A stretch of DNA of 64,000 nt from Candidatus Nomurabacteria bacterium RIFCSPLOWO2_01_FULL_39_18. GTDB taxonomy: Bacteria; Patescibacteriota; Minisyncoccia; Phycocordibacterales; UBA9973. The translations under genes and the position numbers were made by a program. The notes under the pieces are model-generated. The model ran no database searches. It saw only the letters and a program-made list of their open reading frames with translations, and was not told the DNA's origin. Where the stretch lies: the NCBI GenBank assembly GCA_001787005.1, contig MFUV01000010.1:73955-137954 (forward strand), given 5' to 3'. Shown here in pieces: positions 57,373-64,000 of the stretch (position 1 is its first letter; every line of letters begins with the position of its first letter).

Positions 57373-57768
57373 CTACGGGGACTTATATTTCTTTATCGCC
57401 TCCACGACCTTGCCATTATCTTTCATATTTTCCCAAAATAAAATTTTATCTTTCTCGATGTACATAGCGTCGGTTGGCCCATGGAGCTCTGATCCTAGCT
57501 TGATTAGCTGAAGTTTTTGGTTGGGATCACTTGACGAAATTTTGCTTCCAGCTTGTTGAAGCAAGTCGGTAGCTTGTAAATAATAAACATCAGTTAATTT
57601 AATAAAGCGGCCGCTAGCAGAAATCTTGCCAAAATACACTTGGCCGTTATCAAGGAAAACTGCCTGGTATCCCTCGGCATTAATCTTGAACCAGATATTT
57701 TGCCCATAAAAATAGCAAACAACGGCTCCAACTAATAAAACTGAAAAAAATATTTTCCTTATATCCAT
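57373..57768 (-). CDS. Single-TM hypothetical protein
   Basis: YQAVFL.NGQVYFGK, L.DVYYLQ, LIKLG.ELHGP. Confidence 0.75.
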   Translation of the reverse strand: MDIRKIFFSVLLVGAVVCYFYGQNIWFKINAEGYQAVFLDNGQVYFGKISASGRFIKLTDVYYLQATDLLQQAGSKISSSDPNQKLQLIKLGSELHGPTDAMYIEKDKILFWENMKDNGKVVEAIKKYKSP

Positions 57769-57786
57769 AAATGTTTTACAAATAAA

Positions 57787-58188
57787 TTATTCATTTATTT
57801 TCTCTATGTTGGGAGTTATTGCGCTGCCCCCTTCCTCTTCTGTCAGGTTAACGGGGCCGACTTCAATGACTTTATGTGTAAATGGGTCGTAGAGAATAGC
57901 TTTCTTGGCAATCGAAAAAACTAAAACTTTGTAGCCAACCTTTGCATTAGCAAAAAAAGCTTGATCAGAAAGTTTAGACGGATCTGTAACTGTCGCGATA
58001 GTTGGCACTTCATCCGGCAGTAAAATTAATTTGCTCAAGTCTCTAATCAGTTTTTTATTTTCATCTTCTGTCGCAATTCCCGGATTGTTTTTAAGAGTGT
58101 TCCACTGCCAGTAGAAATATCCCCCTGCAAGGAGACTGCCCACAAACAATATTATAAAAGACAATATAAGTATTTTTATTTTTCTCAT
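57787..58188 (-). CDS. Single-TM hypothetical protein (paralog of 56891..57280)
   Basis: LLPDEVPTIATVTDP..L..QAFFANAK.GYKVL. Confidence 0.75.
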   Translation of the reverse strand: MRKIKILILSFIILFVGSLLAGGYFYWQWNTLKNNPGIATEDENKKLIRDLSKLILLPDEVPTIATVTDPSKLSDQAFFANAKVGYKVLVFSIAKKAILYDPFTHKVIEVGPVNLTEEEGGSAITPNIEKINE

Positions 58189-58229
58189 GGTTCCATAATT
58201 ATAACAAATTCTAATTTGGAAGCCAATCC

Positions 58230-58293
58230 TACCAAGGATTTACCAAGGGGAACCCTTGGTAAATTTAGTTGCTACCAAGGGGAACCCTTGGTA
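58230..58293. repeat. REP family B (TACCAAGGGGAACCCTTGGTA) upstream of RAYT2
   Basis: Full copies at 58241-58261 and 58273-58293, half copy at 58230. Confidence 0.9.
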
Positions 58294-58303
58294 TGATGAC
58301 TAG

Positions 58304-58960
58304 ATGCAACGAAAAACAAAATTTGTGATCGGAGAGTTTTATCATATTTACAATCGTGGAGTAGAAAAAAGAATTATTTTCCCAAATATATCTGATTATA
58401 AAAGATTTCTAGCTCTTTTATATCTTGCAAACAGTAATGAAATAATACAATTCCGAAATGATTTTTCTAGAACTTTCCTTGAGAAAATTTTCGAGAAAGA
58501 TCGAGGCGAGCCGTTAGTTGCCATTGGAGCATATTGCTTAATGCCAAACCATTTTCATTTATTACTCACTCCCCTGGTGGAGGGAGGGATATCAAAATTC
58601 ATGTTAAAGCTTCAGACTGGGTATTCTATGTATTTCAATAAAAAGAATGATCGGGTTGGGGGGCTTTTCCAGGGAGTTTTTAAATCACAACATATAGATA
58701 AAAATGAATATTTAATGTATATTTATGCGTATATTCATTTAAATCCAACGAAGTTAAAAAATTCAGAATGGAAAACACAACCAAAAAGTTTTTTAAATAA
58801 ACTAAAAAAATTTATTGCTGAATATCCATATTCTAGCTTGCAAGAATATTTATCTGGAAATTATAGAATACTAAACCCTAAGCCATTCCCGATGGAGAAA
58901 AAAGATCTTATTGACCACGATTCTATGATAGATGATTTTAGCGAGGTATTACCAAGGTGA
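58304..58960 (+). CDS. REP-associated tyrosine transposase, RAYT2
   Basis: YHIYNRG, YCLMPNHFHL, GLFQG.FK, YIHLNP, YPYSS. Confidence 0.92.
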   Translation: MQRKTKFVIGEFYHIYNRGVEKRIIFPNISDYKRFLALLYLANSNEIIQFRNDFSRTFLEKIFEKDRGEPLVAIGAYCLMPNHFHLLLTPLVEGGISKFMLKLQTGYSMYFNKKNDRVGGLFQGVFKSQHIDKNEYLMYIYAYIHLNPTKLKNSEWKTQPKSFLNKLKKFIAEYPYSSLQEYLSGNYRILNPKPFPMEKKDLIDHDSMIDDFSEVLPR

Positions 58961-58971
58961 ACCCTTGGTAA
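58949..58971. repeat. REP family B copy containing the RAYT2 stop codon
   Basis: TTACCAAGG-TGA-ACCCTTGGTAA. Confidence 0.9.
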
Positions 58972-58980
58972 ATTAGTAAA

Positions 58981-61900
58981 TTAGTGAAGAAGCCAATTCC
59001 AAAGTCTCTGTAGCCAATCCGGGGCGGCATTGATAACTGAAGCTCCTCCGCCACCGCCACCGCCACCCTGAGAAGACAAGCTACCAGCATAGAAATCATC
59101 ACCTCTAGTGTCCGTGAGGTTGCCATATCCAACCAATCCCGGTCGCCCGCTTGAATATGTAGAATCAGACACATTCGTTACTGTTGTGCCATTTTGTTTG
59201 AGAGTCAAATTAGTTCCAGAAATTTCCAAACGCAACACATCGCCTGGAGAAAACGCAGTGCCAGTATAGTGCGTAGTCGGAGTACCCGCATTCCATTCAA
59301 TTATTTTTACCGCGGTATTGCTATCTGAATAAGCTCCGTACCCGCTTTGGTCAGACTGAAGTCTGACTCCCCCACCTATATAGCCACCAGAAGCCAAAGC
59401 TCCCAGGGTAATTTCTATATATTGATTATCATTGAAACTGCCAATATTCCATTTCGCCATTGTGTCTGTGGCACTGGCATTACTGTGAATGGCATTGGTG
59501 TTTATAGCAAAGGCGGAACTTCCGCCAAGCAATGCCCAATTGGAATCATATGTGGTCAAAGCTGTGGCATCGCTGCCCGTAAATGCTTGGGGCAATGTTC
59601 CCCCGCCACCGCCAGAGATTTCCCCGCCGCTTCCGCTACCACTGTTTCCGCCACCGCTCTGAGGAGTTCCTGCTCCTGAAACATTTTCCGCGCCGGGAGC
59701 AACAATACCCTGTAAAACAAATGCCCAACAACTGCCGTTGTTGCCGCCGTTTAGGATTGTTATGCTTTTGGGAACTGACTGCGTACTTGGAGCGCAGGCG
59801 GAATTTCGCACAACTATATAGCTCAAACTAATGGTGGCGCCCGCATCAATATAAACCGTCCATTGACTGGTCCCATCTATAGAATCCAAAACAATATTAC
59901 CACTTTCCGAAGAACCAGTCAGAGTTATATCATTGTAAAAGCCGAAGGTCGAGCCTTGATTGAAACTGATTTTTTTGTTAGGACTGGTGGATGTAAAATT
60001 ATGAAAATCCGTCGAACTGGTTCCTTGGAAGTTGATGTTTTCAACTTGTACACCATTTACTGAGGCGGGCGCAACCACCACCGTGCTAGTTCCTTTATTA
60101 AATGTGCCGTCGTTTGTAAAAGTGGCTCCGACATCAGAACCCGCGATAGTGATAGTGGAATTGTTGGCAGTCAAGGTTCCTTTGCTTGTAATTGTGATAG
60201 AGCCAACGGTGAGGGGGAAATTGCTCGCGGCGGAAGTATTTAAAATATCGGCATTGGTAGAACCAGTGTTACCGATAGTCAAGGCATTTGTAGTTGTAGT
60301 CGCCGCTCCTAGAGTAAAAGTAGAAGCCGCATTACTATCAGAAGTAGTGCCAACGCCAAGATTATAATAATCAGCTGGTGTCACGGTGATACTACCAGCT
60401 CCAGTGGGATAAGTATAATTAAACGTAGAAGTATTCGTAGGGCAAGTAGCAAATGAACAAATCGTGCTAGAAGCGTTGAAAACCAGCGGGGTGCCGTTGG
60501 CTGATAAGCTCCAGACAATATCTCCGGGATCTAATACGGTTGCGGCGCCATCACCTGCTTTACCAATGTTGAGTGTTCCAGAAATAGTAACATTGCCCGT
60601 ACCGCCTACTTGGGTGGTAATCGTTGGAGTAACGGCAGTTCTGCCGAAAGTCAGGTTAACAAAATTCCAATCATTAGAACCAGTAGGTCCGAAATTTTGA
60701 TTGGCGCCCACCAGCTGTTCAAAAGTCCCGGCAGTGGTTAAGTTAACAGTTCCAGTTCCTGTAACATCCCCCGCTCCGGTTATCGTACCGTTGGCAGTTC
60801 CAGACAGAGTACCCGTTACAACCAAGCTACCGGTCTGAGTCCAAGCCCCCGTTCCTGTGGTAGCTGTCGCGCCAGTTGAAATAGTAGTCATCCCACCAAC
60901 CACAATGGCAGAAGAAGGCATAGTATAAGTACCTGTTCCACCCAAGGTAAGATCATTAAATGTTGTGGCCGTAACATTCGCAGTGGTGCCAGAATATGTA
61001 ACCGTACTGCCAGTTACTGTAAATGTATTGGATCCAGACAAGGTAAGTGGTGAAGAAGTTCCTGTTAATTCTAAAGTATCGCCACTAATATTTAAATTCT
61101 GTGAATCGTCAACTGTTATGGAAGTGGCTTTAACATTCGATGAGGTTGAAAGGGTGGTCGCACCGACATTGGCGGAAACTTGCACAATTCCGATACTTTT
61201 TGATGTTACGTTATCATCCGTCCAAGTTTGAGTACCGCCACCCCCTTTGGCGAATACAACAATTCCAGCGCCGGTAGTAATTTCTGCCCCAGAAGTAATG
61301 ACCAAATTCCCTCGCAAGGTTGTATTCGTAGCTGGCATGGTATAAGTGCCGGTGCCGCCTAAAGTTAAATTATTATATGTGGTAGCGGTAACATTAGAAG
61401 TGGTGCCGGTATATTCCACTGTCGAGGTACTCGCGGTAAATGTGCCTCCTGCCGTGATATTGAGAGGAGTAGCACCGCTTCCGGCGGATAGGGTCAAAGT
61501 TCTAGTTGATAAATCTAAAATATCTTTGAAAGAACCATCGGAGGCATGACCAATGTTTATGCCTCCCGCAGCTGTAGCGTCCCCAGCCAGGGTATATGTG
61601 ACTGCCGTGCTGTCGGATGTCGAGCCGACACCCAGATTATTATAAGTAGCGACCGCAACATTGGTCGCAGTCGTGCCGATGTAATTCATCGTATGCGTGC
61701 CACTGCCTGTAAAAGTTCCGGAATTTACGAACGGCGTACCTGATGCGGAAAGAGTGATGCTGCCGGAGCTTGGAGCAATAGTGCAAGTCGCGCCATTAGT
61801 CAAAGTTCCCGCCACCGTGAAAGAAGTGTTGGCAGTAACAGAAGTAGATGAACAAGCAGTGGTCAAATTTTGAAATGTCAGAGTGCCGGAATTTGTAATC

Positions 61901-63999
61901 GCTCCGCCGCCGTTCACCGTGATCGTGCCGGCCCCCGGTGTGAAAGTTCCCGTAACATTGAAAGTCCCGCCCACTATCGCAGTCTGCGTGCCACTACTGA
62001 TTGTTCCGCTAATTGTTAAATTATTAAACGTAGTATTGGCAATGGTAGGACTCGAAGCGCTTGAATAATCCACCGTGCTTCCTGTTACCGTAAAGGTATT
62101 GCTTCCGGATAAAGTCAGGCCGGTCCCAGTCAATGTTAAAGTATCAGAACTGATGTCAAGATTCTGGCTGGTATCAACTGTGACAGATGAGGCTTTAACA
62201 TTCGAAGAAGTTGAAAGAGTCGTGGGCGTGCCATTTACTGAAACTTGAACCGTTCCAATATCTTGCACTCCAGCTGTACTATCCGTCCAAGTTTGCGTCC
62301 CACCTTTGGCAAAGATAATCGTCCCGGCTCCGGTGGTTACAGTTGTGTTTACGCCGATAGCAAGATTCCCGCGCAAAGTTAAATTAGACCCAGGAAGTGT
62401 GTATGTCGCGGAACTGCTAGGCGCAAATGTCAGATTGTCGTAGGTTGCGGCCGTAATGTTCGTGGCGCTCGTCCCAGTATAGGATATGGTATTGCCGGCT
62501 GTTGGAGTAAAGGTTCCAGTTTTAACAAAAGGCGTCCCCGAACCAGAGAGAGTAATGGTCCCCGTGCCAGTGGCAAGAGTCGCGCCACTGGCAATAGTCA
62601 AAACTCCAGCCACTCCGAAGCTCGGGTTGTTCGCAGTGCCTGTCGCTCCGGCATTGGTACTATCGCCAATGGTAAGATTCCCGGCAATATCGCTAAGAGT
62701 TCCCGGTAAAACTAAGGGCGTAACATCAGCTGGTTTTAAATTCAAGTGTCCATAAGTGGCGTTCGTAATTGTGAGACCATTGGTTTGAAAATAAGAGACC
62801 GTGCTAGTGGCCCCATAAGTATAAGTAGAGAAGCTTGCCGGATATGCCGAGGCTCCGGACATTTCAAAAAATGCGCCGTTGGAAACTGAAAAGGTGTCCG
62901 ACGCTCCATTGCCGGTAATAGAAAATCCTCCGTTTTTCAAAGTACCTAGAGAGACGGAAAGAGCTGTGGCGCTAGCTTTGTCTGTCTCAAGATTAGCTCC
63001 AAGCGTCCACTCTCCATTCGAACCATTAAAATTTAAAGCGCTAAAATCAGAAGTTCCGGATAAAGTTCCGCCCAAAGTATTGCCTGTGTCCGTCGCGGTA
63101 AAGGCGACCGTCCCGCCATTGTTGGCAAAAGTTCCAGAGTTTGAATAATTGCCGCTCAACGTGAGCGTACCGGAAGTCGAAGTAAATGTGCCGGAAGTAA
63201 TAGCGAGGTCTACCCCGCTTATTGCTCCGCTTCCGCCGTTAAATGTTCCAGTTTGAGTTATATTTCCGCTGGCTGTGATTATCCCAGTGGTTGTTTGGGT
63301 AAGTGTTCCAGTGATAACTGCATTGTCCGTAGTCAGAGTTTCATCCGAGTCAACGGTCAAAGTGTCTCCGGATTCGACTTGAATAGTTTCATCCGAGTAA
63401 GAATTGGAACAACCCTGGACATCGAGCGCTGTAACCGAACCAGCGTACATAATATCTTCATCAGCATTGCAATCATACAGATCTAGATCCGCCACTGTCA
63501 GACTTTTGTCGTCCACCGAACCGACCGATAGAACATTTGTATTGAGAACAATTCCAGTCATGTCTCCTGTGCCGTCATATTTTGCCACAGCGGTCGCTTC
63601 CGAAGAATCGGCAATGTCTCCGTCTCCATCGGTCAGGAAAACCGTGATGGCTTGGTCGGACTGCACGCTTACGCTTGAAATGGACCAAATGCCACCACTG
63701 GTCGTGCCGGTTTGAGCCGCTAGCGATCCATTGACTGCCACTCGCACCGTTAGAGAGTCAGCCGCATTGGTAGTGCCGGAAACCGTAGCGGCCGCTGGAA
63801 AGATCCAGCAAGTTCCATTATTGCCTCCATTAGTGGAAGTCGCATCGAGAGTCACATTCTCCGAAGTAGAGCAAGCTCCGTAAGCAATACTGGCATAGGT
63901 AACGGATGATGGCTGAGCCACGGCAAAATCCGCCAGCCACGGATTGGCCCCGTCGTCCGAGGTGATGGTAATTAAATTGCCCGATGTCCCGGTGATTGT
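58981..63999 (-). CDS. Giant Thr/Gly/Ser-rich beta-helix adhesin-like surface protein (5' end outside window)
   Basis: Frame open to the window edge, beyond the 1646 aa in the ORF track; internal repeats TYNNLTLGGTGTYTMP and TTLSTSSNVKA.S.TVD; Gly linkers. Confidence 0.85.
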   Translation of the reverse strand, partial: TITGTSGNLITITSDDGANPWLADFAVAQPSSVTYASIAYGACSTSENVTLDATSTNGGNNGTCWIFPAAATVSGTTNAADSLTVRVAVNGSLAAQTGTTSGGIWSISSVSVQSDQAITVFLTDGDGDIADSSEATAVAKYDGTGDMTGIVLNTNVLSVGSVDDKSLTVADLDLYDCNADEDIMYAGSVTALDVQGCSNSYSDETIQVESGDTLTVDSDETLTTDNAVITGTLTQTTTGIITASGNITQTGTFNGGSGAISGVDLAITSGTFTSTSGTLTLSGNYSNSGTFANNGGTVAFTATDTGNTLGGTLSGTSDFSALNFNGSNGEWTLGANLETDKASATALSVSLGTLKNGGFSITGNGASDTFSVSNGAFFEMSGASAYPASFSTYTYGATSTVSYFQTNGLTITNATYGHLNLKPADVTPLVLPGTLSDIAGNLTIGDSTNAGATGTANNPSFGVAGVLTIASGATLATGTGTITLSGSGTPFVKTGTFTPTAGNTISYTGTSATNITAATYDNLTFAPSSSATYTLPGSNLTLRGNLAIGVNTTVTTGAGTIIFAKGGTQTWTDSTAGVQDIGTVQVSVNGTPTTLSTSSNVKASSVTVDTSQNLDISSDTLTLTGTGLTLSGSNTFTVTGSTVDYSSASSPTIANTTFNNLTISGTISSGTQTAIVGGTFNVTGTFTPGAGTITVNGGGAITNSGTLTFQNLTTACSSTSVTANTSFTVAGTLTNGATCTIAPSSGSITLSASGTPFVNSGTFTGSGTHTMNYIGTTATNVAVATYNNLGVGSTSDSTAVTYTLAGDATAAGGINIGHASDGSFKDILDLSTRTLTLSAGSGATPLNITAGGTFTASTSTVEYTGTTSNVTATTYNNLTLGGTGTYTMPATNTTLRGNLVITSGAEITTGAGIVVFAKGGGGTQTWTDDNVTSKSIGIVQVSANVGATTLSTSSNVKATSITVDDSQNLNISGDTLELTGTSSPLTLSGSNTFTVTGSTVTYSGTTANVTATTFNDLTLGGTGTYTMPSSAIVVGGMTTISTGATATTGTGAWTQTGSLVVTGTLSGTANGTITGAGDVTGTGTVNLTTAGTFEQLVGANQNFGPTGSNDWNFVNLTFGRTAVTPTITTQVGGTGNVTISGTLNIGKAGDGAATVLDPGDIVWSLSANGTPLVFNASSTICSFATCPTNTSTFNYTYPTGAGSITVTPADYYNLGVGTTSDSNAASTFTLGAATTTTNALTIGNTGSTNADILNTSAASNFPLTVGSITITSKGTLTANNSTITIAGSDVGATFTNDGTFNKGTSTVVVAPASVNGVQVENINFQGTSSTDFHNFTSTSPNKKISFNQGSTFGFYNDITLTGSSESGNIVLDSIDGTSQWTVYIDAGATISLSYIVVRNSACAPSTQSVPKSITILNGGNNGSCWAFVLQGIVAPGAENVSGAGTPQSGGGNSGSGSGGEISGGGGGTLPQAFTGSDATALTTYDSNWALLGGSSAFAINTNAIHSNASATDTMAKWNIGSFNDNQYIEITLGALASGGYIGGGVRLQSDQSGYGAYSDSNTAVKIIEWNAGTPTTHYTGTAFSPGDVLRLEISGTNLTLKQNGTTVTNVSDSTYSSGRPGLVGYGNLTDTRGDDFYAGSLSSQGGGGGGGGASVINAAPDWLQRLWNWLLH

Positions 64000-64000
64000 A

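Noticed and set aside
1-64000. Alternative genetic code (UGA=Gly) as in some CPR lineages
   Set aside because: Conserved genes are full length under code 11 and several end in TGA

Overview
AT-rich bacterial chromosome segment (code 11). Gene content suggests a Patescibacteria/CPR (Parcubacteria-like) genome; this is inference from the families present. The window holds housekeeping genes (scpAB, pepN, gdhA, tsaD, valS, lepA, murJ, leuS, ychF), four tRNAs, three paralogous Cys-rich proteins and two REP-associated tyrosine transposases, each with its own REP family. A ~10.7 kb serine-recombinase island at the ychF 5' end carries a CglI/NgoAVII-like R-M system plus Mrr. A glycerate-to-PEP operon and a cohesin/dockerin/giant-adhesin surface cluster follow. 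Most notable: (1) a ~420-500 nt stretch inside the island with nested long-range complementarity and no credible ORF, a candidate large ncRNA; (2) about 15 short palindromic elements lying in-frame within protein genes, including an identical 36-mer in scpA and lepA and a RAYT REP inside a methyltransferase; (3) CCCG...CGGG hairpin elements inserted at start codons; (4) a cohesin-dockerin surface system with no recognisable glycosidases. All pairings were found by eye; no folding or database searches were run.
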